Source: Prevotella sp. (lineage in GTDB: Bacteria; Bacteroidota; Bacteroidia; Bacteroidales; Dysgonomonadaceae). From it: 64,000 nt of DNA. The stretch spans positions 32,001 to 96,000 of the forward strand of contig JAITVV010000093.1 of NCBI GenBank assembly GCA_031285625.1, given 5' to 3'. The stretch's first letter is position 1; every line of letters begins with the position of its first letter. A program made the position numbers and the translations under genes. This document shows, one piece after another, positions 20,639 through 31,400 of this stretch. The notes beneath the pieces were generated by a model. The model saw only the letters and a list, made by a program, of their open reading frames with translations, was not told where the DNA came from and ran no database searches.

Positions 20639-21128
20639 TTACAAAAGTGATTTACATTTGTGTATTATACAGTCATCATGATTAACTTTACGAAATGTAC
20701 AAATGTTTATTCAGACATATTTAATAGTAATAAACAAAAGTATACATATAGAAATCTAATAAAGTATAAATGTATATTTACACATGTGAATCAAATATAT
20801 CATAACTTAAATATCATTTAAATATAATAAAATCAGACAATTATATAATTAATATAAAGTTTTAATTTAAATTTTAACCTTGAAGACAATACTTCTGTTT
20901 GAATCCTGATATAAATGAATCTATTTTAATTATTACTATATTTATTATTAGAATTTTAGATAAAATATATGAAGTAATACTTATAGTTATATTCAATTGT
21001 AAATCTTCCTTTAAAATACATTTGTATTCCGTTTTTCAACTTTTGTAAATTTTTACTATTTACAAAAATAATTTTCATTTGTGAATTCAATTGTTTACAT
21101 TTGTTCTATATTAATATACAAATATGAA
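20639..21128. promoter_or_regulatory. AT-rich divergent promoter region with an array of TACA-NN-TGTR palindromes
   Basis: Examples: TTTACATTTGTGTA 20651, TTTACACATGTGAA 20777, AATACATTTGTATT 21015, TTTTCATTTGTGAA 21072, TTTACATTTGTTCT 21094. Confidence 0.5.
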
Positions 21129-21621
21129 AGATCGAATAAAGCTTATAATGGATAATGAGCACTTGACTCCATCTGCTTTTGCAGATCAATTGCAGTTGGG
21201 AAGAGCCGTTATTTCACATATTTTGAATGGACGTAATAATCCGAGCCTTGATGTTGTATCACGTATATTATCTAAATTGAACTATATCAATTCGGATTGG
21301 CTGCTCACAGGAAATGGAAATATGTATAAAGATGGATATGGAGAAAATAATCAGACGATAACATCTCCATCTCCGATATATCCTGTAAGTCAAAGTCAGC
21401 CTGATTTATTCTCTCAGAATAATATATCTACGCCCCCAAATACAAATGAAATTGAATATCGCAAGGAAAATGTAGTTAAACAGCAGGAATCTATATCTGA
21501 AAATACTATAAATCAAACTATTGTATATCAAAAAGCTCCTGATCGTAAGATAGCCAAAATAATTATTTATTATACTGATAATACATTTGAGACTTTCAAT
21601 GCAGACAATAAGCCTTTATAG
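21124..21621 (+). CDS. XRE/Cro-family helix-turn-helix regulator
   Basis: FADQLQLGRAVISHILNGRNNPSLD HTH, WLLTGNGNM, and the C-terminal KIIIYYTDNTFETF motif typical of this Bacteroidetes family. Confidence 0.9.
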   Translation: MKDRIKLIMDNEHLTPSAFADQLQLGRAVISHILNGRNNPSLDVVSRILSKLNYINSDWLLTGNGNMYKDGYGENNQTITSPSPIYPVSQSQPDLFSQNNISTPPNTNEIEYRKENVVKQQESISENTINQTIVYQKAPDRKIAKIIIYYTDNTFETFNADNKPL

Positions 21622-21742
21622 GGTTAATATTTCCATATCTTATATATTTGACACAAAAAGGTAACAAATATCCGCAATGTTCGATTTTATAGAATATACT
21701 CTATGTGATTGTGCTTTAGCTAAATATAGATATATGGAATAG

Positions 21743-21822
21743 AAAAGGTGACAAAAGTAACACTTATATGATGTTTTTATCTGTAACTTTATAATTATAT
21801 CAAAGATCTCTACATTAGATAA
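21743..21822 (-). repeat. Dispersed GTAACA/TGTYAC element, reverse orientation
   Basis: AAAAGGTGACAAAAGTAACA (21743-62), N19, TGTAACTTT (21782-90), then TTATATCAAAGATCTCTACATTAGATAA. Confidence 0.8.
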
Positions 21823-21912
21823 ATTTGTCTCATCTTTATTAAAATAAAAACGAAGTACCTCTTAAAAGATACTTCGTTATTTTATTGTAGAATCCGATAT
21901 TTAAGCTTTAGT

Positions 21913-23289
21913 CTATTTTACTCTTTCTAATTCTATCGTAAAATGCCTTAATAATTCGGCTTCCCATTTTATCTTCATTCCTTTGGTGATAGACTCGCGG
22001 CGATCATAGATATTTTTCAAAGCAGCTGCTATTACATTCATGTGATTATTCGTATATACGCGGCGCGGAATCGCCAAACGTAACAGGTCTAGCCCATCAA
22101 AACGGTTTTTTCTGGTTACTGGGTCACGATCAGCCAACAGGTAGCCTATCTCACATCCCCTTATACCTGCTTCTAAATATAATTCAACAGCTAAGGTTTG
22201 AGCAGGAAACTGCTCTTTGGGTACATGAGTCAATACTTTTAGTGCATCTACAAAAATAGCGTGCCCTCCAACTGGCCGCTGGTATGGTATTTCATATTCA
22301 TCTAATTTACTTCCCAGATATTCAACTTGTTTTATACGTGTTTCCAGGTTATCAAACTCTGTATTTTCGTCAAGACCTATCGCTAATGCATTCATATCGC
22401 GGCCATTCATACCTCCATATGTTATATATCCTTCAAATGCAATACCTTTTATTTTTGCAGCATCATACCATTCCTGCAAGTTCGTAGCAAAAAAGCCGCC
22501 CATGTTCACGATAGCATCTTTTTTTGCACTCATTGTCATTGCATCGGCATATGAAAACATTTCGTCGCATATCTCTTTTATAGTCTTATTCTTATATCCT
22601 TTTTCCCTGGTCTTTATGAAATACGCATTTTCTGCAAAACGTGCTGAATCAAAAATCACCTTCTTAGCATATTTATTAGCAATCATACGTGTATCCTGAA
22701 GGTTCTTCATAGATACAGGTTGTCCGCCTGCAGTATTATTTGTGATAGTTATAATGATAAATGGAATCTTATCTCCATATTTCTTTAAGGTATCTTCTAG
22801 TTTTTTTATATCTACATTTCCTTTAAAGGGGATTTCAAGTTGTGTTTCTTTAGCTTCATCGATGGTACAATCCAAAGCGATAGCTTTTCTTGATTCTATA
22901 TGCCCTTTGGTGGTATCAAAATGTGAATTTCCCGGACAAATGTCTCCTTCTTTTACTAAACAGGAAAAAAGTACATTCTCTGCTGCTCTGCCCTGATGAG
23001 TGGGTAATACATACTCAAAACCGGTGATTTGTGTAATTATATCTTTCATCTTATAATATGAAGATGCTCCTGCATAGCTTTCATCTCCAAGCATCATGGC
23101 AGCCCATTGACGGTCGCTCATAGCACCCGTACCCGAATCTGTTATCAGATCGATATATACTTGCTCGGCCTTCAACTTAAACATATTATATGTAGCACTT
23201 TTCAACCATTGCTCGCGTTCGGAGCGTGTACTTTTACGGATAGGCTCTATCATCTTGATTTTCCAGGATTCAGCAAAAGGTAGTTCCAT
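21913..23289 (-). CDS. tnaA: Tryptophanase (tryptophan indole-lyase)
   Basis: IDLITDSGTGAMS, PTHQGRAAE, PLP-lysine motif MSAKKD. GIRGCEIG (Ile, not the Arg of tyrosine phenol-lyase) and LRHFT favour tryptophanase. Confidence 0.93.
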   Translation of the reverse strand: MELPFAESWKIKMIEPIRKSTRSEREQWLKSATYNMFKLKAEQVYIDLITDSGTGAMSDRQWAAMMLGDESYAGASSYYKMKDIITQITGFEYVLPTHQGRAAENVLFSCLVKEGDICPGNSHFDTTKGHIESRKAIALDCTIDEAKETQLEIPFKGNVDIKKLEDTLKKYGDKIPFIIITITNNTAGGQPVSMKNLQDTRMIANKYAKKVIFDSARFAENAYFIKTREKGYKNKTIKEICDEMFSYADAMTMSAKKDAIVNMGGFFATNLQEWYDAAKIKGIAFEGYITYGGMNGRDMNALAIGLDENTEFDNLETRIKQVEYLGSKLDEYEIPYQRPVGGHAIFVDALKVLTHVPKEQFPAQTLAVELYLEAGIRGCEIGYLLADRDPVTRKNRFDGLDLLRLAIPRRVYTNNHMNVIAAALKNIYDRRESITKGMKIKWEAELLRHFTIELERVK

Positions 23290-23342
23290 AGAATATATAG
23301 TTATTTTAAGTTTTATGAAATTTTTGATAGATAAATAAATGA

Positions 23343-23429
23343 TTAGTAATGGGCACTAATAAAACGATCTCTTTCTTTTATATTGAGATAAATTAATCGG
23401 TATAGTGTGCTTTTGAAATCAAAATGCAT
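23343..23429 (-). CDS. Candidate 28-aa leader peptide upstream of tnaA (MHFDFKSTLYRLIYLNIKERDRFISAHY)
   Basis: Open ATG..TAA frame between a TATCTTTA -7-like box (23464-71) and tnaA, ending 53 nt before the tnaA ATG. Confidence 0.5.
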   Translation of the reverse strand: MHFDFKSTLYRLIYLNIKERDRFISAHY

Positions 23430-23732
23430 GGTTAATTCCAATATTTAATGATTTGTAGTGTCATAAAGATAGTAAAACTTCCTAATATAATATAAATAAG
23501 TATATTTATTTTGAATTAATAAATGGAAATCAACTACATACATTTGTTAAATACTGTAAATATGTTTCTTTTAAAGTTTTTTTTTATATATATTTGATAT
23601 AAGACAATACCGAAATACGTAAAATGCCCTTTTTGAAATCTATAGCCTTATAGATTTATCTTTAATACTATCCAGGAGATTGAATTGAAAATAGATATTT
23701 TTTAATTATACAAATCTTAATAGACAAATGCC

Positions 23733-23957
23733 ATGACAAAAGAAGTAGAATCACATGCCGGAAATATACTATCGTTATTGTCCAGTAGCAATAAGAATCT
23801 TTCTATTCGGGAGATTGGAGATCACACAAATTATAGAGATAAAGCTATTTTTCTTGCTTTAGGTTGGCTATTGAGAGAAAATAAGATTGTTTGTTTCGAA
23901 AAAAACGGAGCTCTATGTATAGAATCCAGATCTTATCTAACTGATATTTATTATTAA
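23733..23957 (+). CDS. Small winged-helix protein (DUF2582-like)
   Basis: AGNILSLL...LALGWLLRENKI matches the AGxxWxxL...LAIGWLARExKI pattern of this Bacteroidetes family. Confidence 0.8.
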   Translation: MTKEVESHAGNILSLLSSSNKNLSIREIGDHTNYRDKAIFLALGWLLRENKIVCFEKNGALCIESRSYLTDIYY

Positions 23958-24202
23958 TGAATAAATAGTAGGGATACTGTTTTGATTTATAGAGCAGTAT
24001 CCTTATCCTAATTTCATAGGTTGTATCCAACATTCATAAATATGCAAAATTTGATGAAAGAACAAAAAAACTTTTGGAAGAGAAAGATAATATCAATATT
24101 CGCCTTGCTTATATAATTGAAGAATTATGCTCTGATGACTTTTCGCTTGATGATGAAATTGAAGTGAATACCCCTGAGAATAAAATTGAAATATTTGTTT
24201 GA
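23957..24202 (+). pseudogene. 82-codon frame coupled to the wHTH gene (TAATG), interrupted by four TAG codons
   Basis: MNK**GYCFDL*SSILILIS*VVSNIHKYAKFDERTKKLLEEKDNINIRLAYIIEELCSDDFSLDDEIEVNTPENKIEIFV-TGA. The 3' part has coding-like composition. Confidence 0.4.
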
Positions 24203-24313
24203 CGCCAATATATAATCTTCTGATATAATGAAATAGTTGATTTTAACTCAAACTTTATTAACTTTGTATCTCAATAAGATCAAAGAATATTTATCATCAA
24301 AAAACATAGGTTA

Positions 24314-25096
24314 ATGAAAAAAATGCTGGATTTGGTTGTCACTCAGAATGAACAACTAAACCAAAACTATTGTCTCATTAAGCTCACCACCACAGATAAT
24401 ACACCATTGCCGGAAATGTACCCCGGGCAGTTTGTAGAAGTAAGAGTCGATGGCTCCCAATCCACTTATCTAAGACGCCCCATATCAGTAAATTTTGTTG
24501 ATAAGCAAAATAATGAATTGTGGCTGCTTGTTCAGGTCATTGGGGATGGTACCAGAAAAATGAGCGAATATAAGAAGGGTGAACTTATAAATCTATTATT
24601 ACCACTTGGTAATACATTTTCTATTCCTTCTCTGAATTCCGATCAGGAAGTATTGCTAATAGGTGGAGGTGTTGGTACTGCACCCATGCTTTTCTTAGGA
24701 TCTTGCCTCAAAGAAAAAGGTTACACGCCAAAATTTCTTCTAGGTGCCAGATCAAAAAATGATTTGCTTCAACTGGATGATTTCAGAAAGTATGGTGAAT
24801 TATTTTGTACTACCGAGGATGGCAGTTTTGGAGAAAAAGGATATGTAACAGATCATTCAGTGTTAAAAAATACTCGTTTTTCACAGATTTACACTTGCGG
24901 ACCCAAGCCTATGATGATGGCTGTAGCCAGATATGCAAATGTAAACCAGATAGAGTGTGAAGTTTCATTGGAAAACGTTATGGCATGCGGATTTGGAGTA
25001 TGTTTATGTTGTGTAGAGAAAACGCGCGAAGGGAATGTCTGTGTATGTACAGATGGTCCCGTATTTAATATAAAAAAGTTAACATGGATAAGCTAA
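24314..25096 (+). CDS. pyrK: Dihydroorotate dehydrogenase electron transfer subunit
   Basis: [38 protein letters not shown]...VCTDGPVF [2Fe-2S] motif. Confidence 0.97.
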   Translation: MKKMLDLVVTQNEQLNQNYCLIKLTTTDNTPLPEMYPGQFVEVRVDGSQSTYLRRPISVNFVDKQNNELWLLVQVIGDGTRKMSEYKKGELINLLLPLGNTFSIPSLNSDQEVLLIGGGVGTAPMLFLGSCLKEKGYTPKFLLGARSKNDLLQLDDFRKYGELFCTTEDGSFGEKGYVTDHSVLKNTRFSQIYTCGPKPMMMAVARYANVNQIECEVSLENVMACGFGVCLCCVEKTREGNVCVCTDGPVFNIKKLTWIS

Positions 25097-25995
25097 CTGT
25101 AAACATTGGAGATTTACATTTGAAGAACCCGGTAATGACTGCTTCGGGCACTTTCGGGTATGGAAAAGAGTATTCTGATTTTATTGACTTGCCGCGAATT
25201 GGTGGTATTTTTGTAAAAGGAACTACTATTCGCGAGCGACAGGGTAACGACTATCCTCGAATGGCAGAAACTCCATCCGGTATGCTGAATGCAGTAGGCT
25301 TACAAAATAAAGGTGTTGATTATTTTATTTCCAATATATATCCGGAGATAAAAGATATAGATACAAATATTATAGTAAATGTATCCGGATCTACTATCGA
25401 AGATTATGTAGAATGTTCACAGCGATTAGCCGATTTGGATAAAGTACCTGCTATCGAATTAAATATTTCATGCCCGAATGTAAAGGAAGGCGGTATGGCA
25501 TTTGGGACTTCAGCTTGTTCTGCATCGGAGGTAACAAAGGCAGTACGCGAAGTATGGAAAAAGACTCTTATTGTGAAACTTTCTCCTAATGTTACTGATA
25601 TTACCGAAATAGCAAAGGCTGTGGAGGGCGAAGGAGCTGATGCCGTTTCACTTATAAATACTCTTTTGGGTATGGCAATAGATATAAACAAGAGACGTCC
25701 TGTATTATCCACAGTTACAGGAGGTTTGTCCGGCCCATGTGTAAAACCTGTAGCTTTAAGAATGGTATGGCAAACTTATAATGCTGTAAAAATTCCAGTA
25801 ATAGGTATGGGGGGAATATCTTCATGGCAAGATGCAATTGAATTTATACTTGCCGGTTCTTCAGCAATACAGATAGGAACCCATAATTTTATAGATCCGA
25901 CAATCTCGGTTAAGGTCGTTGACGGGATAAGGGAATATCTTGATAGAAACAATATAGGTTCTATAAACGAACTGGTAGGAAGCTTACAGATATAA
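25084..25995 (+). CDS. pyrD: Dihydroorotate dehydrogenase B catalytic subunit
   Basis: [34 protein letters not shown]. Confidence 0.98.
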   Translation: MDKLTVNIGDLHLKNPVMTASGTFGYGKEYSDFIDLPRIGGIFVKGTTIRERQGNDYPRMAETPSGMLNAVGLQNKGVDYFISNIYPEIKDIDTNIIVNVSGSTIEDYVECSQRLADLDKVPAIELNISCPNVKEGGMAFGTSACSASEVTKAVREVWKKTLIVKLSPNVTDITEIAKAVEGEGADAVSLINTLLGMAIDINKRRPVLSTVTGGLSGPCVKPVALRMVWQTYNAVKIPVIGMGGISSWQDAIEFILAGSSAIQIGTHNFIDPTISVKVVDGIREYLDRNNIGSINELVGSLQI

Positions 25996-26013
25996 TCGAT
26001 TACTTATTATATA

Positions 26014-26051
26014 AAATAAAAAACCCGATAAAAATATCGGGTTTTTTATTT
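26014..26051. terminator. Bidirectional terminator between pyrD and rpsP
   Basis: AAATAAAAAACCCGATA-AAAA-TATCGGGTTTTTTATTT perfect inverted repeat. Confidence 0.88.
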
Positions 26052-26068
26052 ATGCTGTATATTAGATA

Positions 26069-26674
26069 TTATTCAGCACTTTTTTCTTCAGCAGGAGTTT
26101 CTGTTTCAGTTGCTGCAGGAGCCTCTTCTGGAGTCTCAGCAACTGGTGCTTCTACTGTTTCTGCTTCTTCAGCAGGAGCAGCTTCGGCCTCAGCCTCTGC
26201 TTGTGCAGCATTTTCTTCTGCTTTCTTTTGAGCTACAGCTTCTGCTCTTGCCTTATTAGCTGCTTTTTCAGCATCTAAACGAGCTTTTGCATCAGCCTGA
26301 GCCTTAGTTTGGTTTTTGTTGATGACAGCCTGAGTACCTTTTTCTTTCTCTTCTTTCCAAGCTTCAAATTTCTTTTCAGCATCAGCTTCAGAGAAAGCAC
26401 CTTTAGCAACACCACCAAGAAGGTGTTTCTTTAATAAAACTCCTTGTTCAGAAAGTATGTTACGTGTAGTGTCAGTAGGTTGAGCACCAACTTGTAACCA
26501 GTACAAAGCCCTATCGAAATTTATAGTTATTGTAGCAGGATTGGTATTCGGATTATACGAACCAACTTTTTCAATAAATTTTCCATCACGTGGAGCTCTG
26601 CTATCTGCAATGACGATGTGGTAAAAAGGATAACCTTTACGTCCTCGTCTTTGTAAACGGATCTTTGTAGCCAT
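26069..26674 (-). CDS. rpsP: 30S ribosomal protein S16 with Ala/Glu-rich C-terminal extension
   Basis: [37 protein letters not shown]. Confidence 0.99.
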   Translation of the reverse strand: MATKIRLQRRGRKGYPFYHIVIADSRAPRDGKFIEKVGSYNPNTNPATITINFDRALYWLQVGAQPTDTTRNILSEQGVLLKKHLLGGVAKGAFSEADAEKKFEAWKEEKEKGTQAVINKNQTKAQADAKARLDAEKAANKARAEAVAQKKAEENAAQAEAEAEAAPAEEAETVEAPVAETPEEAPAATETETPAEEKSAE

Positions 26675-26926
26675 TTTCTTTCTAGTTAATTTTAATTATA
26701 CATAATTGTTATTAGCGGCTGCAAAGATAGAAATAAGTTTTTGTTATACAATAAAATATCTGCAGTCTTTTCAAACTATTGATCTTATTTTTAATTTCTT
26801 TGTTCCAATTTATATACCTCAATTGTGAATACATGTTATTTTTTGTAAATATACCTAATCGGTTTTATTACCAATAATGATCTATAAATGTGTTTGTTCT
26901 ATTTTTGGGTATAACACACTTTTTTG

Positions 26927-28408
26927 ATGCTAAAGAAATATACATATATCATTCTTTTTCTTGGAATTACTATTTTTTGTAATGCACAAATTCCCATGCG
27001 GCAGCAAGTAGCTACACCAAAAGAGGCAGATTCGTTAGATATAGCTTACTATTCTAAAAAAAAGAAATGGTTTCATGCCGGAGCTACTGCATTTAGTGTC
27101 AACATGGGTGTGTGGGCTTTCGACAGATATATTCAGAAAGGACATTTTGCATATATCAGCATGAATACAGTGAGAGAGAATTTCAGAAAAGGATTTATTT
27201 GGGATAATGATTATATGGGCACAAATATGTTCCTGCACCCATACCATGGCAACTTATACTTCAATGCAGGACGGGCAAATGGACTTAATTATTGGGAATC
27301 GGGAGCATTAGCGTTAGGGGGAAGTGCGATGTGGGAGCTCTTTATGGAGTGTGAGTATCCTTCTACAAACGATATTATAGCAACTCCTATAGGCGGAATG
27401 GCCTTGGGAGAAGTATTATTCAGAACCTCAGATTTAATTTTGGACGATAGACGTACTGGTTCTTCCCGTTTCGGACAGGAACTGGCAGCATTTATAATAG
27501 CCCCAACCCGTGGTTTGACGCGTATTATCAATGGGGATGCATGGCGAAAACGTCCCACATCAGGAAAACAGTTCGGAGTACCGGATGTAAGTGTGGAAGT
27601 ATCTATGGGTATTAGAGCTTTGGAACTAAAAGATCAGATATTTGATAAGGGACTTGGTTTTGCTACCAATATCAATGTTGAGTACGGAGACCGGTATGAA
27701 GCTGAAACAAATAAACCCTACGACTATTTCACTTTCAAGGCTAATTTAAATGGTCAGGGTTCTCAGCCGTTAATCAGCCAGTTGAATATTACAGGGCGGC
27801 TATATTCTACCGAAATAATAAATAACTCAAAGGATTTTCTGAGCCTTGGAGTTTATCAACATTATGATTATTACGACTCGGATACAATATCTGATGTTTC
27901 TGCCAGAGTACCTTACAAGTTTTGTACTCCTGCTTCATTTGGATTAGGGCTGATACATAAGAGTAAGCGATTCAAAGACTGGGATTTTAATTCATACTTT
28001 CATTTTAATGGTATCTTATTAGGAGCTTCATTAAGTGACCATTATGTTGTAAATGACCGTAATTATAATCTGGCTGCCGGTTTTAGCTGGCAAAGCGGAG
28101 TTAGTATTGCTTATAAAGATATTATAAGTGTATCAAGTAGTTATGAGGGATATCGTATGTTTACCTGGAAAGGATACGACAAAGACATAAATTGGGAGAT
28201 CGTGAATGAAAAAACATTAGATGCCCAAGGAGATCATTCACAAGCTATATTGCATGCTATTTCCCTAAGGGTGGATCTGAAATTGAAAAATCAATTTTAT
28301 CTGACAGCAATAGGTTATAATTACACACGTGATACAAATTATAAGTATTTCGATAATGTGTTTTCCAAGACATCCGAAGGGCGTCTCATGCTTACTTATA
28401 AGTTTTGA
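26927..28408 (+). CDS. DUF3943-like putative outer-membrane protein
   Basis: Signal peptide, WDND...NMFLHPYHG, WELFMECEYPSTND...TPIGGMALGE motif, C-terminal aromatic YKF. Confidence 0.75.
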   Translation: MLKKYTYIILFLGITIFCNAQIPMRQQVATPKEADSLDIAYYSKKKKWFHAGATAFSVNMGVWAFDRYIQKGHFAYISMNTVRENFRKGFIWDNDYMGTNMFLHPYHGNLYFNAGRANGLNYWESGALALGGSAMWELFMECEYPSTNDIIATPIGGMALGEVLFRTSDLILDDRRTGSSRFGQELAAFIIAPTRGLTRIINGDAWRKRPTSGKQFGVPDVSVEVSMGIRALELKDQIFDKGLGFATNINVEYGDRYEAETNKPYDYFTFKANLNGQGSQPLISQLNITGRLYSTEIINNSKDFLSLGVYQHYDYYDSDTISDVSARVPYKFCTPASFGLGLIHKSKRFKDWDFNSYFHFNGILLGASLSDHYVVNDRNYNLAAGFSWQSGVSIAYKDIISVSSSYEGYRMFTWKGYDKDINWEIVNEKTLDAQGDHSQAILHAISLRVDLKLKNQFYLTAIGYNYTRDTNYKYFDNVFSKTSEGRLMLTYKF

Positions 28409-28419
28409 TGTCTAAATAA

Positions 28420-31400
28420 TCAAACAATTTCATTTATTTCTCCCAATATCATACAAGCCGTTTCTACATTAGGTACACTCTGAATGCTTACCGAACGTTT
28501 TCCATTTCTGTCTTTCAATTCGCATTTACGGGGATATTTCTGTATATAATCCAGCAGTTTATCAAATGCTTTTGACTGATAATATGGTGAATCCGGATTT
28601 GAAACAAGGAATAAACTCATACGTCCACTCTTAAGGACGACTTTCTCTATTCCCAATGTTTTGGCTAAAGCCTGGAGTTTAACCACCATAATAAGTTCCC
28701 TGCCTTCTTGTGGAATTTTCCCGAAACGATCTTCAAGACGTTCTACAAATTTATTTGTATCAGACTCTTTTTCCATGTTATCGAGTTCGCGATATAATGT
28801 AATACGCTCCGAATCATTGGGAATATAAAGTGCAGGAAAGAGTAGTTCCAGATCACTTTCTATCTGCACATCCTCTACAAAGTTTTCCCCGGAAATCTTA
28901 TTATCTTCATCTGTTTCGTGGTAAAGTGCGGCAAATTCATCGTTCTTAAGTTCATTAACTGCCTCTGTAAGGATTTTCTGATATACCTCATATCCCAGAT
29001 CTGCAATAAACCCGCTTTGCTCTGCTCCGAGTAAGTTGCCTGCTCCGCGAATATCCAAATCCTGCATGGCGATATGGAAACCGTGCCCGAGCTCAGAGAA
29101 GTTTTCAATAGCCTGTAGCCGCCTTCTGGCTTCTGGGGTTAGTGTGTGTAATGGCGGTGCCAGCAGGTATGCAAATGCTTTTTTATTACTACGGCCCACA
29201 CGTCCACGGAGTTGATGCAAGTCACTCAACCCGAAATTCTGAGCATTGTTTACTATAATTGTATTGGCATTCGGGATATCGATACCCGATTCGATAATAG
29301 AAGTTGCTACCAATAGGTCATACTCATGATTTACAAAGTCAATAATAATAGATTCCAGCTTTGCCGGATCCATTTGTCCATGCCCCACTGCAATACGCGC
29401 ATCTGGCACTTCCCGTTTGATAATTTCTTCTAATTCGTATATGTTTTTTATACGGTTATTGATGAAAAAGACCTGCCCGTTGCGGCTCATCTCAAATTCA
29501 ATGGCTTCACGTATTATAAGGGGGTCGAAGGTATGTACCTCTGTTTGTATCGGATAACGGTTTGGCGGTGGAGTAGTTATTGAAGACAGATCTCTGGCAC
29601 CCATCAGTGAAAACTGCAATGTGCGCGGGATCGGTGTGGCGGTCATTGTCAGAGTGTCTACATTAGACTTCATTTGTTTAAGCTTCTCTTTTACTGCTAC
29701 TCCGAATTTTTGTTCTTCATCTATAATCAGCAATCCCAGATCTTTAAATTGTATATCTTTACCCACAATACGATGTGTACCGATAAGTATATCTATTTTT
29801 CCTTCTTTGAGATCTTTCAGTATTTCTTTTATTTGTCCGGCAGTACGTGCCCTGCTGATATAGTCGACACGGCAAGGGAAATCTTTTAACCGCTCTTTAA
29901 ATGTTTGATAATGCTGATATGCCAAAACGGTTGTAGGAACCAAAACGGCTACTTGTTTATTATCAGTCACAGCCTTGAAAGCTGCACGAATAGAAACTTC
30001 AGTCTTACCAAAGCCAACATCTCCACATATAAGGCGGTCCATTGGTTTGCTGTTCTCCATATCATGCTTAACGTCTGCTGTGGCTTTTACCTGATCGGGA
30101 GTATCTTCGTAGATAAATGATGCTTCAAGCTCATTCTGGAGGAAAGAGTCGGGAGAAAATGTAAAACCTTCTTCCTGACGGCGTTTAGCATATAATTGAA
30201 TCAGATCCCGGGCAATATCTTTAACCTTACTTTTGGTCTTTTCCTTGATCTTATTCCATGCTCCGGTACCTAATTTATTTATACGTGGAGGTTCGCCTTC
30301 TTTCCCCCTGTATTTCGATATTTTATGTAGAGAGTGAAGGGAAACGAAGATAACATCGTTATTGAGGTAAATTAGTTTTATTAATTCCTGCATCTTTCCA
30401 TTCATATCGGAACGGACAAGGCCTCCGAACTGTCCCACACCATGATCTATATGTACAATATAATCCCCGATCTGGAATTGTTGTAATTCTTTTAACGATA
30501 ATGCAAATTTACCGGAACGCACTCTGTCTGATTTCAGATTGTATTTGTGGTAACGGTCGAAAATCTGATGGTCTGTAAAACAACAGATTCTCAATGTTTC
30601 ATCCAGAAAACCATCTGACAGTGTTCTCTCCACAGGTATAAAGTCTATATTATCTCCTCTGTCTTCAAATATAGATTGCAACCGTTTTTGCTGCTTTTCA
30701 CTATCACTCAGGATATAGATTTTGTAATCTTTATCAATATATTTATGAAAAGTCTCACTGATCAGGTCGAAATTCTTGTGAAATGAAGGTTGTATATCTG
30801 TCTTAAACTCAATTACAGCTTCAGAATGTATTTTATTTCCAAAATGAACATGCTTGAATGTAGATATTAGACTTTCGTATTCGCCTCTGGTTGTTAATTT
30901 ATTCTGTATATCTTTCTCATATTCAGGATTATCTAGTATAGCAGAATCATTGTATATACTATCTACTTTGTCGCCTGCCCATACAAAATCTTTAAATGCA
31001 ATAACTGTATCCTGAGGAATTAGTTTTAAAAGAGAAGCTCGCTCCAGATTTGATTTTTGCATATCGGGAATTATTTGTATCTGTTGCAGTTTCTCTTTTG
31101 ATAGCTGAGTTTCTATATCAAAAGTGCGGATTGTGCTTACTTCATCGCCAAAAAAGTCGACACGGTATGGGAATTCACTCGAAAAAGAAAAAACATCCAG
31201 AATACTACCACGAATAGCATATTGTCCTGGTTCGTAAACATAATCTACATACTCAAAACCGAAGGTATCCAGCATTTCAGACACAAAATCCCTGTCAATT
31301 TCTTCATCAACAGACATTTGTATTGTATTCTTTTTCAGAACATCTTTAGCTACAGCCTTTTCGGCTAATGCTTCCGGATATGTTACAATAATAAGGTGCT

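Noticed and set aside
20587-21123. Possible replication origin (long AT-rich gap)
   Set aside because: No TTATCCACA-type DnaA box cluster and no dnaA/gidA context. My hand sampling of third-position G vs C was inconclusive.
23432-23464. 10-aa Trp-containing uORF MTLQIIKYWN (minus strand) just upstream of the tnaA leader ORF
   Set aside because: Its ATG overlaps the best -7 promoter box (TATCTTTA, 23464-71), so it probably is not transcribed. Reconsider if the TSS maps further upstream.
23477-23504. ACTTCCTA resembling the left arm of a Bacillus-type dif site
   Set aside because: No XerD arm (TTATGT..A.T) follows, and it lies within the tnaA promoter.
26069-26400. Long Ala/Glu/Pro tail of ribosomal protein S16
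   Set aside because: Extended S16 is normal in Bacteroidota.
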